From Chloroflexota bacterium (GTDB lineage Bacteria; Chloroflexota; Dehalococcoidia; UBA2979), in the NCBI GenBank assembly GCA_003228125.1, contig QGNP01000002.1:64880-128879 (forward strand): 64,000 nt of DNA, in the 5' to 3' direction. A program made the position numbers and the translations under genes. A model generated the notes under the pieces. The model did no database searches, was not told where the DNA came from, and worked only from the letters and a program-made list of their open reading frames with translations. Each line of letters starts with the position of its first letter. The first letter of the stretch is position 1. Shown one piece after another: positions 28,865 to 39,745 of the stretch.

Positions 28865-31114
28865 TTAATTATCTATAGGCCTTAGCTTCGAAGGCCACCA
28901 ATTTTTATCACCTAATAATTTAACAATTGCAGGAACAATAATTGTTCTGGTAAGAAAAGTATCCATTATCACACCTAAGGCAACTGCAAATCCTAATTGA
29001 AATAAATCAATTAATGGCAATGTCATTAAAACTGCAAAAGTACCTGCAAGAATTAATCCAGCGGAAGTAATAACTCCTCCTGTTGCTGATATTGCATCTT
29101 TGATAGCTAATTCAAGATTCTTGCTTTTTGCTTCTTCTCTAATTCTAGACATTACATATATATTGTAATCCACTCCAAGTGCATTAAGAAAAACAAATAA
29201 GTAAAAAAGAGTCCCAGGAGCAATACCTGTGTGACCAAAGATATACTTAAACACTAACAATGACAAGCCTAGTGTTGCTCCATATGTAACCAAAATAGTT
29301 GCACATAAATAAATTGGTGCAACTAATGATTTCAGTAAAATAGCTAAGATGATCGCTATTGCTATTAAAATTAAAGGTAAAATAATTAAATTATCTCTAT
29401 TAATTGCAGTTCTTGAATCAGCTTGCTCAGCTGTATCTCCACCAAATGATATCGATGAATTCATTAAACCTAAATTTTGTAAAGATTGCATCGATATTTC
29501 TCTCAGTTCTAAAATTGAATCTAAAGATGATGATGAAAAAGGATTCTCAACAAAAGTAATATCAAATCTAAATACTTTTAAATTAGAAGATGCGAATCGA
29601 AATGCACTATTTTTTATTAATTCTTCTTCTGGTTTATCTTGTGGATCAAAAATAATTTTTTGTATAATCTGGGAACTGACAGGCCCATTAATACCAAAAG
29701 GCATCGCAATACTTGCGGCATCAGCAACATTTGGATGACTTGCAATATCATCTGTAATTTGCTCAATTTTATTAAAAACATTTTCATTAAATTTTTCATT
29801 TAATGTCAAGTAAGCATAGCTTGGGGAAATTTTACCATCTGGGAATCCTTGTCTAAGCATTCGAAAACTTTTCACAGATTCTGTTTCACTTGGGAGACTA
29901 TCTAAAGCATCATAATTTGGACTATACAAAAAAATACCTAGAGAACAAATTAACAAGATAGATAAATTGGTTACAATAATTTTTTTAGGCCTAGTAAGCA
30001 CCCAAGATGCTATTTTGCCATAAATTTTTTTGTCATTATCTTCATATGTTCCATATTTTGGAATCATAGGCCAAAACGAAATTCTTCCTAAAGCCAATAA
30101 AATAGCTGGTACCAATGTTAAGGAAGCCGCCATCATTACAAAAAGTGCAATGGCAAGCAATGGACCTAGCGAAACCGTACTTCCAAGAGAAGCAATTAAC
30201 AAAATTAAAGATGCAATTATGATAGTTCCACTAGAAGAAAGAACAGCTGGGCCTACTGATTGCATTGTAATTTGCATTGCATCATGTTTATTTTCATGTC
30301 TTAATAATTCTTCTCGATACCTAGATGAAATAAATAAACAATAATCAGTACCTGATCCGAAAAGAATGATAGTCATTATGCCTGATGACTGTCCATTAAT
30401 AGAAAAACCAAATTCATTAGCAAAAACTGCGCCAAGAGTACCTGCAATAAAGTATACAATTCCCACTGCCAATAATGGAACGAAAGGAATTATTGGAGAT
30501 CGATATATAATAACCAGCAATATAAGTACCAGCATTGCACTCGCTACAAGTAATTGAACATCTATCGTTGCAAAAACTGCGACAAGATCTACTATTAATC
30601 CACCTGGACCACCGACATTAATCTGTAATGAATCAGTTCTAAATTGATGAGCATAATTCCTTACATCTTTAACTAGGCTTGTAAATTCATCTGAATTTGG
30701 TTCGCCAATAACATTTACTATAATATTCATCACTGTTCCATCGGGAGAAATCAACTCAGAACGAGCATTTGGAACATTATATACTGAAGTAATATTTCTA
30801 ATGCTTTTAGGAGCATCGGGCGAATTCAGCCAATCATTAATTTTTTTTCCTGAATCATAATCTACTTCAGTTAAAGTATTTTTATTAGCAAATACAATCA
30901 TTAAAGGTATGCCATCTGAAGGAAATGCAGCTTGTGAAACTTTCAATGCCTTGAGCGAGTCAGAATCGGTAGGTAAGAAGCTTGATGCATTATTTTCTGT
31001 AGCATCAACTAAAGATGGTCCTAATGTTGCTAAAAAGACAAAAAATATCCAAAGAGCAATCACCGCCCACTTACCAGTTTTATTTGTAGAAAAATTAAAT
31101 ATTTTTTTTATCAT
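28865..31114 (-). CDS. MMPL-family (RND-like) membrane transporter
   Basis: Two blocks of about 6 TM separated by soluble domains. GTDYCLF and GVDYNIY motifs. Confidence 0.8.
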   Translation of the reverse strand: MIKKIFNFSTNKTGKWAVIALWIFFVFLATLGPSLVDATENNASSFLPTDSDSLKALKVSQAAFPSDGIPLMIVFANKNTLTEVDYDSGKKINDWLNSPDAPKSIRNITSVYNVPNARSELISPDGTVMNIIVNVIGEPNSDEFTSLVKDVRNYAHQFRTDSLQINVGGPGGLIVDLVAVFATIDVQLLVASAMLVLILLVIIYRSPIIPFVPLLAVGIVYFIAGTLGAVFANEFGFSINGQSSGIMTIILFGSGTDYCLFISSRYREELLRHENKHDAMQITMQSVGPAVLSSSGTIIIASLILLIASLGSTVSLGPLLAIALFVMMAASLTLVPAILLALGRISFWPMIPKYGTYEDNDKKIYGKIASWVLTRPKKIIVTNLSILLICSLGIFLYSPNYDALDSLPSETESVKSFRMLRQGFPDGKISPSYAYLTLNEKFNENVFNKIEQITDDIASHPNVADAASIAMPFGINGPVSSQIIQKIIFDPQDKPEEELIKNSAFRFASSNLKVFRFDITFVENPFSSSSLDSILELREISMQSLQNLGLMNSSISFGGDTAEQADSRTAINRDNLIILPLILIAIAIILAILLKSLVAPIYLCATILVTYGATLGLSLLVFKYIFGHTGIAPGTLFYLFVFLNALGVDYNIYVMSRIREEAKSKNLELAIKDAISATGGVITSAGLILAGTFAVLMTLPLIDLFQLGFAVALGVIMDTFLTRTIIVPAIVKLLGDKNWWPSKLRPIDN

Positions 31115-31117
31115 TTG

Positions 31118-32326
31118 CTACCTTGGTAACCCTAATCCTCTGGTAGCAATAATATTCCTTTGAATTTCATTAGCCCCACCGAAAATCGTCCTGACAACAG
31201 AATGGGTGTATTCTCTCGTAAAATAAGCATCCATAGGCGCAGTTTTTTCATCCCATAAATTGCCATATAGTCCAAAAATTTTTGTACCTACATTAGAAAT
31301 TTTTTGACTTAATTCAGAATTAAATATTTTTGAGACAGACGCTTCATAATTTGGTACAATATCCTTAGACTGAAGCGAAACTATTCTAAAAGAAAAATTA
31401 AATAAAACTTCTGATTCTATATATCTGTCAGTCAAGGCACTACGAAATCTACTACTAAGATAATTAAAAATAATATTTTCTTTTTTATTCAAAAAATCAA
31501 TAAGCTCATTAATTCTTTTTCTTATATGAACGGCACCAGAAATATTCGACCTCTCGTAGTCTAAAAGAGTCATTGCAACATACCAGCCTCGATTTTCTTC
31601 TCCAATAACATTATTACTAGAAACTTCAACATTTTCATAAAAAGTTTCATTAGTAGAATGTTCCCAGGCCATATCAATAATTGGATTCACTGATAAACCT
31701 GGAGAATTTTGATTCATAACAAAAAAACTTATCCCTCTATGTTTAGGTGCATCTGGATCAGTTCTAAAAAGTCCAAATATCCAATTAGATTTGTGAGACC
31801 GCGACGTCCATAATTTTTGACCATTAATTTGATAATTATCTCCATTTTTTTCTGCCCTAGCCTGCAAAGAAGCAAGATCAGACCCCGCGCCTGGCTCAGA
31901 AAATCCTTGAGCCCACAACATTTTACCTTCTAAAGTAGGCTGTAAAAACATTTGTTTTTGTTCATCAGTTCCATGAATTAAAATAGTTGGCCCAAGCATA
32001 GAGACACCTTGCCCACCAACAGAAGGAGCATCATGAAAAGCCATTTCTTGATGTAAGATAAATTGATCTATTGATGAAAGGCCAGCACCTCCGTATTGCT
32101 TTGGCCAATGTGGCGCTACCCAACTTTTTTTTTGTAAAGCTTTCATCCAATCTGATGCAGCTTGTTTTTGATATTTATCACCAAGAACAAAAAAATTCTG
32201 CCAATCACCAGATTCTAATCCAGTAGGTGGTTTTAATTTTTTATAGTAATTTGGTAGATTTTTTTCAATATAATCTATGACTTCAGTTCTAAATTTTTTT
32301 TGATTTTCTGAATCAGACCAATCCAA
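31118..32326 (-). CDS. Acyl-CoA dehydrogenase family protein
   Basis: GFSEPGAGSDLASLQ and C-terminal GGANEIQRNIIA motifs. Confidence 0.85.
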   Translation of the reverse strand: MDWSDSENQKKFRTEVIDYIEKNLPNYYKKLKPPTGLESGDWQNFFVLGDKYQKQAASDWMKALQKKSWVAPHWPKQYGGAGLSSIDQFILHQEMAFHDAPSVGGQGVSMLGPTILIHGTDEQKQMFLQPTLEGKMLWAQGFSEPGAGSDLASLQARAEKNGDNYQINGQKLWTSRSHKSNWIFGLFRTDPDAPKHRGISFFVMNQNSPGLSVNPIIDMAWEHSTNETFYENVEVSSNNVIGEENRGWYVAMTLLDYERSNISGAVHIRKRINELIDFLNKKENIIFNYLSSRFRSALTDRYIESEVLFNFSFRIVSLQSKDIVPNYEASVSKIFNSELSQKISNVGTKIFGLYGNLWDEKTAPMDAYFTREYTHSVVRTIFGGANEIQRNIIATRGLGLPR

Positions 32327-32358
32327 AATAACTCCTTCTATATTTAATTAAAAATAAC

Positions 32359-33156
32359 TTATTTTTTACTCGCTAAAGAATAAAAACCAAAAAGTACCAG
32401 TAAAGTGAATCCTAAAGCTAAAATAATTATTTTATTATTGGAATTACTGCTGGAATCTTCTAACATTATTTTTTCTTCAATTTTTTGTTGTGAAGAAGGG
32501 TTGTTTGACGTCGATTTTTCATTTAAATTATTTTTATCTGAATCAATAGATAATGTATCTTTATTTTCAGAAGGAACGACAATAATCATATCTTCAGATT
32601 TTTTAGATTCTTTAACTACAACTGTATTTTCTTTTTTTTCTATTTTTGCAATCTCAGGAGTAACTCTTAGTGCAGGACCGGGCAACTCGGGAACTATCTT
32701 TTTATCTTTAGTGTTTCCAATAGAATCTGAGTCTGAATTTAAATTTCCTGGAGTATTGCCATTAATAGTTAAGGTTAATCCGATAGGATTGGTAGGTGCT
32801 CCACCTTTTCTCCAAATCATTGTTTCTGAAGCTTTTTTACCATCAACTGTAAAACCGATTTGAGAATTAACAAATGCACTGCATTCTCCTTCGTCTATAT
32901 AAGCCAAGAATATATATCCAGTAGAACTATTAGCTTCATTTAATATTTTTGCATCTTTGCAGTATTGATCATTAATTAAAATTTTCACTATTGTGGAATC
33001 ATTGCTTGCTATTCCAAAAACAGTCATGGGTGCTTGAGCAAATATTTTCAAGGGAGACAGAAAAAAGATAATTGATAATAGAATAAAAAAAACAATACGA
33101 GAAAATTTACTAGTAATTTTACTCTTATTAAATGAATAATAAAATAAGCTGCTCAT
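32359..33156 (-). CDS. Secreted protein with signal peptide, small Cys-containing domain, S/N/K-rich linker and C-terminal TM anchor
   Basis: N-terminal hydrophobic segment ending IFAQA, and C-terminal IIILALGFTLLVLFGFYSLASKK. I recognised no family. Confidence 0.4.
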   Translation of the reverse strand: MSSLFYYSFNKSKITSKFSRIVFFILLSIIFFLSPLKIFAQAPMTVFGIASNDSTIVKILINDQYCKDAKILNEANSSTGYIFLAYIDEGECSAFVNSQIGFTVDGKKASETMIWRKGGAPTNPIGLTLTINGNTPGNLNSDSDSIGNTKDKKIVPELPGPALRVTPEIAKIEKKENTVVVKESKKSEDMIIVVPSENKDTLSIDSDKNNLNEKSTSNNPSSQQKIEEKIMLEDSSSNSNNKIIILALGFTLLVLFGFYSLASKK

Positions 33157-33322
33157 TTAAATCTCCTATCATTAAATCTATCAAAAATATTTATTACGAG
33201 TAAGTGAAATACGTATATCAATTCTTATATTTTTTTACTACATTAGTAAAAAATTTACTAATAAAAAAATTGATGCTACAAAAATTATCATGCTTGCTTC
33301 ATATAAACTATACTATCATTAT

Positions 33323-34066
33323 TTATAATATTTGACTCAAAAACAACTTAGTTCTGTCTTCTTTGGGAGAAGTAAAAAAATGATCAGGAGTGCCTTCTTC
33401 AACTAATAATCCTTCGTCAAAAAAATAAAATTTATCAGCTGCTTCTCTTGCAAAACCCATTTCATGAGTAACAACTATCATAGTCATCCCTGAAGCAGCT
33501 AGCTCTTTCATGACATCTAGGACTTCTTTAATCATTTCTGGATCAAGGGCTGATGTTGGTTCATCAAAAAGCATTATTTTTGGTTGCATGGCTAACGCTC
33601 TAGCAATAGCAACTCTTTGTTGTTGCCCGCCAGATAATTGCGTAGGGAATTTATCGGCTTGTTCTGGTATTCCTACCCTTTCTAATAAAGGTCGTGCAAT
33701 TGCTTCGGCATCATCAACAGAAAGGCCTCTAACTTTTTGAGGAGCCAACGCAATATTTTTTAGTACGCTCAAATGTGGAAATAAGTTAAATTGTTGAAAA
33801 ACCATTCCTACATTAGAACGAATTGTTTCAAGATTTTTAATATCATCGTTTAACTCAGTACCATCGACAACAATTAATCCTGCGTCATGTTTTTCTAATT
33901 GATTAATTGTTCTAATAAAAGTAGATTTTCCTGAACCAGAAGGGCCTAAGATTACTACTACTTCACCTTCTCTTACATCCATAGATATTCCTTTTAAAGC
34001 TTCGAAATCTCCAAAATGTTTCTTAACATTTTTAGCATGAATAATTACTTTTTTCTCTTGTGTCAT
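33323..34066 (-). CDS. Polar amino-acid ABC transporter ATP-binding protein (AapP/GlnQ-like)
   Basis: Walker [10 protein letters not shown], signature LSGGQQQR, Walker [12 protein letters not shown]. Confidence 0.9.
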   Translation of the reverse strand: MTQEKKVIIHAKNVKKHFGDFEALKGISMDVREGEVVVILGPSGSGKSTFIRTINQLEKHDAGLIVVDGTELNDDIKNLETIRSNVGMVFQQFNLFPHLSVLKNIALAPQKVRGLSVDDAEAIARPLLERVGIPEQADKFPTQLSGGQQQRVAIARALAMQPKIMLFDEPTSALDPEMIKEVLDVMKELAASGMTMIVVTHEMGFAREAADKFYFFDEGLLVEEGTPDHFFTSPKEDRTKLFLSQIL

Positions 34067-34067
34067 G

Positions 34068-35252
34068 TCAGTCTCCTTTATTCAAACCTAATTTTTTTTC
34101 AAAATTTAAACTAAAACGAGACATGCTAAATGAAACAATCCAAAATAATAAAGCAACAAATAAGTATACCTCACTGTATTTTCCAATAAATTCCAATTGA
34201 CTCAATGCTGCCTTCCCAGAACCAAGTAATTCTCTAAATGCTAAGCCAGCAGCCAAAAGCAAAGTTGTATCTTTCCATAAAGCAATAAACTGACTTACTA
34301 AAGCAGGAATTACAGCACGAATAGCTTGAGGCAAAATAATTAAGCTAGTAGATTGATATGCATTCATTCCTAATGCTTTCGCTGCTTCTATTTGCCCAAA
34401 ATGAACAGATTGTAAACCGCCACGAATAATTTCAGCTATATAAGCAGCTGTAAAGCCTGAAAGAACAATCACAACACGCAAAGCAATATCTACCTTGTTT
34501 GCAAAAATATCTGGTAATAAATCAGGGATCACTAAATATGCAAAAAACAACCACGCAACTAATGGCGCAGCTCTAATTACTTCAATATAAACAGTACAAG
34601 AATATTTAATAACTACCAAAGAGCTTGCGCGACCAATAGCCAAGAGTAAGCCAAAAATAAAACCAAAAATAATTCCTGTCCAAGCGAGCATTATATTTAA
34701 AAAATATCCTCCCCATTTAGTAGTCTCAACTCCTCCAAAAATCTTTAAGAAAAGGACAACTAATGGAAGAGTTATAGCCCATCCAATCAAAACCATCTTA
34801 TTTTTATAAATACTTTTAATTTTTATAATAGAATGAAATAGATAGCCAACTATAAAAAAAATAATACTGAGTATCGACAAAATAAAAAGATTAACATTAC
34901 TCATTGGTTCTATTAAAAGCATTAGCAGAAAAATACTTAAAAAAGAATACAAAAGTATTTTTCTGCTAATGCTTCCATAATGAGCAAAGGAAAAACCTGA
35001 TAAAGCAGTTATCCAATAAACAGATGCCCAAATTCTCCACTCCTCGTTTTCAGGGAATGGTCCAATTAATAACAGTCTTAGATTTGTATCAATAACCTTC
35101 CATTCAGCTGAAAAGAAAACAAAGCTCAGCAATGTAGTTAAAAAATAAAATATAAATAATAAAGAAATTAGTGTAAGAATTGTGTTTAATTTAGATGAAA
35201 ATAAATTAATCTTAATCCATTTGAAAGTATGAAATAAATTAGCGCTGATCAT
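34068..35252 (-). CDS. Amino-acid ABC transporter permease (AapM-like, long form)
   Basis: His/Glu/Gln/Arg-type permease EAA-like region IEAAKALGM. Confidence 0.85.
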   Translation of the reverse strand: MISANLFHTFKWIKINLFSSKLNTILTLISLLFIFYFLTTLLSFVFFSAEWKVIDTNLRLLLIGPFPENEEWRIWASVYWITALSGFSFAHYGSISRKILLYSFLSIFLLMLLIEPMSNVNLFILSILSIIFFIVGYLFHSIIKIKSIYKNKMVLIGWAITLPLVVLFLKIFGGVETTKWGGYFLNIMLAWTGIIFGFIFGLLLAIGRASSLVVIKYSCTVYIEVIRAAPLVAWLFFAYLVIPDLLPDIFANKVDIALRVVIVLSGFTAAYIAEIIRGGLQSVHFGQIEAAKALGMNAYQSTSLIILPQAIRAVIPALVSQFIALWKDTTLLLAAGLAFRELLGSGKAALSQLEFIGKYSEVYLFVALLFWIVSFSMSRFSLNFEKKLGLNKGD

Positions 35253-36415
35253 TGATTACCAACCAATGCAACTTTTTTATTAAAATAATTCATAATTAAT
35301 GCAATAACAAAACTCATTAATTGATAAGTAAGAATGATTAACACAAACATTGGAATAGCATGTCCGGCTTTATTCATAATAATTCCGCTAATTAGAAAAA
35401 GATCAGAATATCCTATTACAACTGCAAGGCTAGAATTTTTTGTTAAATTTAAATATTGATTAGTTACTGGAGGAATAATAATTCGCAGCGCTTGGGGTAA
35501 GACAATCAAAGAAAGCGCTTGGTAATCAGTAAGACCTAGAGCCAAGGCAGCTTCATTTTGACCTTTAGGTAGTGACTGAATAGCACCGCGAACAATTTCT
35601 GCAATAAAAGAAGCAGTGTACAAAACTAATCCTAATAGTATTGCAATAAATTCAGTAGTAACTACAAAACCATTTGCGTATCTTATAACATTAGTATCGG
35701 ATACAGAAATACTTGGTTGATCTATATTGACAGCATTGACTAAAAATAAAATACAAATAGTGACCAACAATAACGGGACATAGCCAAAAAACAAAATTCT
35801 TAAATAAGAAAAATCAACATTCATTTTACTACTGATAGTATTTTTTACAGATGGTATGAAAAATAATAAAATAATTAAAGCAATAAAAATAAAAAAACTT
35901 AATTGAGATATAATAATTTTTGGAAAAGCTATACCTCGGTTAGAAATAAAAACAAGATTGGCAAAATTAATATACTCACTGATTCTAGGCAGGCTAAGTG
36001 CAAAGCTCCACCAAAAAATAATTTGTAATAATAATGGAACATTTCTAATAATTTCTACATATGCTGTTGCAATATTGCTGACAAGCCAATTATTTGAAAG
36101 TCTAGCTATTCCAACAATAAAACCTATAATAGATGCTAAAAAAATACCTACGACGACTAGTCTAACTGTATTAAAAACACCAGTTAAATAAGCGACTATC
36201 CTTGTGTCAGTTGGGTTGTAGTTTGTAAGCCATTGATTGGATAAAGCAAAGCCTGATTCATTAGTTAAAAACTTAAAATCAAGATCCAAATCTGAAATTT
36301 TAATAAATAAATAAAAAAGAAATATGACTAAAAAAAACAAATATAATCCTTGTATAGAGTTATTTTTTCTCTTATTTGTTCTAAAAAAGAAATCTTTAAT
36401 CACAATCAACTCCAT
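35249..36415 (-). CDS. Amino-acid ABC transporter permease (AapQ-like, long form)
   Basis: Permease core with QNEAALALGL. ATGA overlap with the downstream permease. Confidence 0.85.
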   Translation of the reverse strand: MELIVIKDFFFRTNKRKNNSIQGLYLFFLVIFLFYLFIKISDLDLDFKFLTNESGFALSNQWLTNYNPTDTRIVAYLTGVFNTVRLVVVGIFLASIIGFIVGIARLSNNWLVSNIATAYVEIIRNVPLLLQIIFWWSFALSLPRISEYINFANLVFISNRGIAFPKIIISQLSFFIFIALIILLFFIPSVKNTISSKMNVDFSYLRILFFGYVPLLLVTICILFLVNAVNIDQPSISVSDTNVIRYANGFVVTTEFIAILLGLVLYTASFIAEIVRGAIQSLPKGQNEAALALGLTDYQALSLIVLPQALRIIIPPVTNQYLNLTKNSSLAVVIGYSDLFLISGIIMNKAGHAIPMFVLIILTYQLMSFVIALIMNYFNKKVALVGNQ

Positions 36416-36446
36416 TGCAGAAAATGAATATACGTATATAACAAAA

Positions 36447-36481
36447 ATATGGCCATCTCGCTAAAAACGACATGGCCATAT
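36447..36481 (-). terminator. Intercistronic hairpin/attenuator after the binding-protein gene
   Basis: ATATGGCCAT-N15-ATGGCCATAT perfect 10-bp arms, followed on the minus strand by TTTTTGTTAT. Confidence 0.5.
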
Positions 36482-36503
36482 ACAAATCAAAAAATAATTA
36501 AAA

Positions 36504-37565
36504 TTACCTCATTGGTGGAGCATAAATTAATCCACCATCTTTCCATGAAGCATTTAAACTACCAGCACGTGCAAGTCCAATTGGTTCAATAGTTTTAGCA
36601 TATATTTCACCAAAATTACCAACTTGAGATATAACATCTTGCATAAAAGTGGCTGAAATGCCTAGATTAAATTCAGTTGGTTCTGCGCCTGCTCCTAATA
36701 ATCGAGCAACATCCTTGTTCTTAGGATTTGCTGACTGTGCAGCGACATTAGAACTATCGACTCCAAATTCTTCTGCAAGAATTGTACCGAGTACAACCCA
36801 ATCAACAATTTGTGACCATAGTGCATCATCTTCTCTTGTGACTGGTCCCAATGGTTCCTTCGATAAAGTATCAGGAAGAACTCTCAAAGCTGCAGGTCCG
36901 CCGCCGTCAACAGGGTATGCACTTCTTTGGCCAGCTAAGTTAGACTTATCACCAGTCCAACCATCACATCTGTCCTGTAAGAAAGCTGCCTGAGATTCAG
37001 CATCATTTGCTACTGCAAGGGCAGTATATGCTAAGCCTCTATCAGCAAAAAAATCTTCTAAATTTTGCTCAGTTGTTGTACCAGTTGTTACACAAATTGT
37101 AGCACCATTCAAATCAGAAGTTTTACCAAACTTAGAGTTAGCTTTAACCATCATTCCTTGACCATCATAAAAAGTAGTGTGAGCAAATGTTGTTTTTAAA
37201 TTAATATCTCTGCTAGCAGTCCAAGTTGTTGTTCTGATTAGAACATCAATTTCTTTTGCAGCAAGAATATCAAAACGTGCTGATGCTGATGCTGGAACAT
37301 ACTTAACTTTTGAAGCATCTCCTAATACTGCTGCAGCAATCGCTTTACAGTATTCTACATCATTGCCTTCCATAACGCCGGATGGAGTCATAAAGCCAAA
37401 TCCAGGTTGACTATCTTTCACTCCGCAGTTCAAGACACCTCTATCAGTAACATCTTTTAAAGTTGCACTTCCAGCAGAACTAGTGTCATCACTAGAACAT
37501 GCAGCAAGAGCAATTCCAAGGACAGCAAATGAAGCAAGCATTGCCCTTATAAATTTAGATCCCAT
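36504..37565 (-). CDS. General amino-acid ABC transporter substrate-binding lipoprotein (AapJ-like)
   Basis: Lipobox GIALAAC, SBP family 3 body. Preferred start is the ATG at 37565 preceded by GGGGAG (the track ORF starts at 37607). Markedly higher GC and Ala/Gly content than its neighbours. Confidence 0.85.
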   Translation of the reverse strand: MGSKFIRAMLASFAVLGIALAACSSDDTSSAGSATLKDVTDRGVLNCGVKDSQPGFGFMTPSGVMEGNDVEYCKAIAAAVLGDASKVKYVPASASARFDILAAKEIDVLIRTTTWTASRDINLKTTFAHTTFYDGQGMMVKANSKFGKTSDLNGATICVTTGTTTEQNLEDFFADRGLAYTALAVANDAESQAAFLQDRCDGWTGDKSNLAGQRSAYPVDGGGPAALRVLPDTLSKEPLGPVTREDDALWSQIVDWVVLGTILAEEFGVDSSNVAAQSANPKNKDVARLLGAGAEPTEFNLGISATFMQDVISQVGNFGEIYAKTIEPIGLARAGSLNASWKDGGLIYAPPMR

Positions 37566-37696
37566 AAGAATCTCCCCTCTAATAATCTGGAAAGCCTTTA
37601 AACGCAAAATTATATTGAAAAAATAATACTCCCAGTTTGATTATCATAACATTAAAAATACCCAAATAATTAAATATTACGTAGCATTAATCAACC

Positions 37697-39715
37697 TCAT
37701 TCTTTTGTAAATATCTGCCTCATTAAATTTTCCGTCATTCCTGATTTAACGCGTACATCATACATCATAGATATAATTTTTTTATCTAATGAAGAATAAA
37801 AATCATTTAGCCCTAATTCCAACTCATAAAAAATGCTGCTAGGATACCTATATGAATCATTCAACAAGCCTAATCCTTGCGTTATCTCTTCTAGTAGAGT
37901 ATTTCTAATTTCTTGAAACCTAATTGAATCTAAATCGTCATTAATAATTAAGGCACTTGCATGTAAAATTTGAAAATTACTATTACTCCATATACTTGCT
38001 AGTCCACGAGCATTTAAATTCTGAAGAAAGAAAAATGGGTTAATTTTTCCTAAGTCATTTCTTTTGCCAACATAAACATTATAATTTGGATTTCTTGAAT
38101 CCAACAAAATATTAACTGATGGTGTCATGCCATTCAATTGAGTAATGATTTCTATAAAAGCATCTAATATTTCATCAGTAACATCTCCTTCTAAATGAAT
38201 TCTTATATCTTGCTCCCATTTTACTAAATTCATCGAATCTTTAGTAAATTCTCTTCCTAATCCAATTTCAATCAAATAATCTATTTCGAAATCATAATAA
38301 TTAACGTATTTTTTTTGAGAAACAGAATTGATCGGTAAAGAATTATAGGGTGCATACTTATTGACTACATCTAAGTCTTTTATTAATTGTTCAGGTTTCA
38401 ATAAAACATTTACGATATCTACTGGAATCATCCTTGAATACAAAATTGGATGATACAAAAGTTTTACAATTTCCATATCAATCTGTAAAAAATTATTAGC
38501 CTTAGTTGTAGAATGGAACATACTTAAAATATACCTATTAGTCAAGCCAGTTAGACCTAGTCCTTGCATCAAGCCTTGTTGAATATAATGATTTGTATTT
38601 TGAACACAATCTTGTTCATTATTAATAAACAAACGAAAGTTTCCTATGGAACCAGAAATACGATAATAAATCACATCCCAAGTCCAGCATTCAAAATTTT
38701 TTGGTGCACCTTGAGAATTTAAATAATCCCTTGAACCACTAATTATTTGAAAATTTGAATCACTTTCAATATTATGTATAATCTTCAAATCTATTGAATC
38801 AATGATACGATTCAAATCAATAACTGATTGGACTGCATTTTTTTTATTTTCAAATGCGATATCTCCTTTAAATGAAATTAATACATCTTCTTCCCATTTT
38901 CGTAATACATATTCTTTAGAAATTGCATAATTTTTATCAAAATATAAATCTTCTAAGCTAATAAAATTTAAGTCCTCGAACGCAACATCCAGCATTAATG
39001 TTAATGTTTCTGCCGAAAACTCAGGTAATGGAACATTAATGCCAATTTTATCTATAGGTGTTTTTTTCTGACTATCATCAAAAACATTGTTTTGTGGTTC
39101 TTCAATAATATCAATAATATTTTGCTTTAAAATTTCTTTAGTATTTAAAATTGTATCAAGTTCTGCAATATTATAACTGTACAAATTAGCTGATTCTAAA
39201 TTTTGATCAATCATCAACGAGCTTAAACATTCACCATCAATATTTTTTATCAAGATAATAGTCTCTTGAGTAAATTGAATGTTATAAGTGGCTCCTGCAG
39301 AAATTTTGTTTGTTTTGGATTCATTTAGTAAAGAAAATTCTAAAAAATTATCATTTAATGCATACAAATAATAATCTTGATCTGATAATTTTGAATCAAT
39401 AATTAGCGTTCCGTTAAAGCGACTTCTTACAAAATTTTTAGGAAGTTCACTACATAAAATGCTATTAATTGTCTTGATTCTAACTGCATTTTTATGATTT
39501 TCACCTAATATGGCAAAATCATTTTTTGTCTCAGATTCATCATTATTAATAATAGAACTTTTAGGGAGAATCAGTTCTGAATTACTAGCAGGCAAAAAGT
39601 ATGAATTAACAGATTTATCATTAAATAAATTATTTCTTAATAACAAAGTAAGGATAAGTACAAAAATAAATATCACTACAAAAAATATTCTAAAAATCTT
39701 GTTATTTTTTTTCAT
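37697..39715 (-). CDS. Membrane-anchored/secreted protein with two tandem DUF2927-like modules
   Basis: N-terminal TM. Repeated blocks KWEEDVLISFKGD...QQGLMQGLGLTGLTNRY...LLYHPILYSRM and KWEQDIRIHLEGD...EEITQGLGLLNDSYRYPSSIF...MMYDVRVKSGM. Confidence 0.5.
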   Translation of the reverse strand: MKKNNKIFRIFFVVIFIFVLILTLLLRNNLFNDKSVNSYFLPASNSELILPKSSIINNDESETKNDFAILGENHKNAVRIKTINSILCSELPKNFVRSRFNGTLIIDSKLSDQDYYLYALNDNFLEFSLLNESKTNKISAGATYNIQFTQETIILIKNIDGECLSSLMIDQNLESANLYSYNIAELDTILNTKEILKQNIIDIIEEPQNNVFDDSQKKTPIDKIGINVPLPEFSAETLTLMLDVAFEDLNFISLEDLYFDKNYAISKEYVLRKWEEDVLISFKGDIAFENKKNAVQSVIDLNRIIDSIDLKIIHNIESDSNFQIISGSRDYLNSQGAPKNFECWTWDVIYYRISGSIGNFRLFINNEQDCVQNTNHYIQQGLMQGLGLTGLTNRYILSMFHSTTKANNFLQIDMEIVKLLYHPILYSRMIPVDIVNVLLKPEQLIKDLDVVNKYAPYNSLPINSVSQKKYVNYYDFEIDYLIEIGLGREFTKDSMNLVKWEQDIRIHLEGDVTDEILDAFIEIITQLNGMTPSVNILLDSRNPNYNVYVGKRNDLGKINPFFFLQNLNARGLASIWSNSNFQILHASALIINDDLDSIRFQEIRNTLLEEITQGLGLLNDSYRYPSSIFYELELGLNDFYSSLDKKIISMMYDVRVKSGMTENLMRQIFTKE

Positions 39716-39745
39716 AAAACAGTCAATTGATTAAATTAAAATTTA

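Noticed and set aside
33231-33253. Palindrome TTTTTTACTA-CAT-TAGTAAAAAA downstream of the ABC ATPase gene, considered as a terminator
   Set aside because: The stem is A/T only apart from one C-G pair, it has a 3-nt loop, and no U-tract follows on the minus strand. Stability is too low to call a terminator with any confidence.
761-36993. Many antisense ORFs of 60-165 aa in the track (e.g. 761..1117, 6901..7287, 7780..8277, 21072..21467, 26749..27240, 32405..32863, 36649..36993)
   Set aside because: Each lies wholly inside a well-supported gene on the other strand. They have low-complexity or odd composition and no recognisable motifs. They are typical shadow ORFs of AT-rich coding DNA.
36504-37607. 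Markedly higher GC and Ala/Gly-rich composition of the AapJ-like binding-protein gene, considered as possible horizontal transfer
   Set aside because: The cognate permease and ATPase genes in the same operon have host-like composition, and there are no flanking mobile-element signatures. Composition bias in a very highly expressed, conserved periplasmic/lipoprotein SBP is the simpler explanation.
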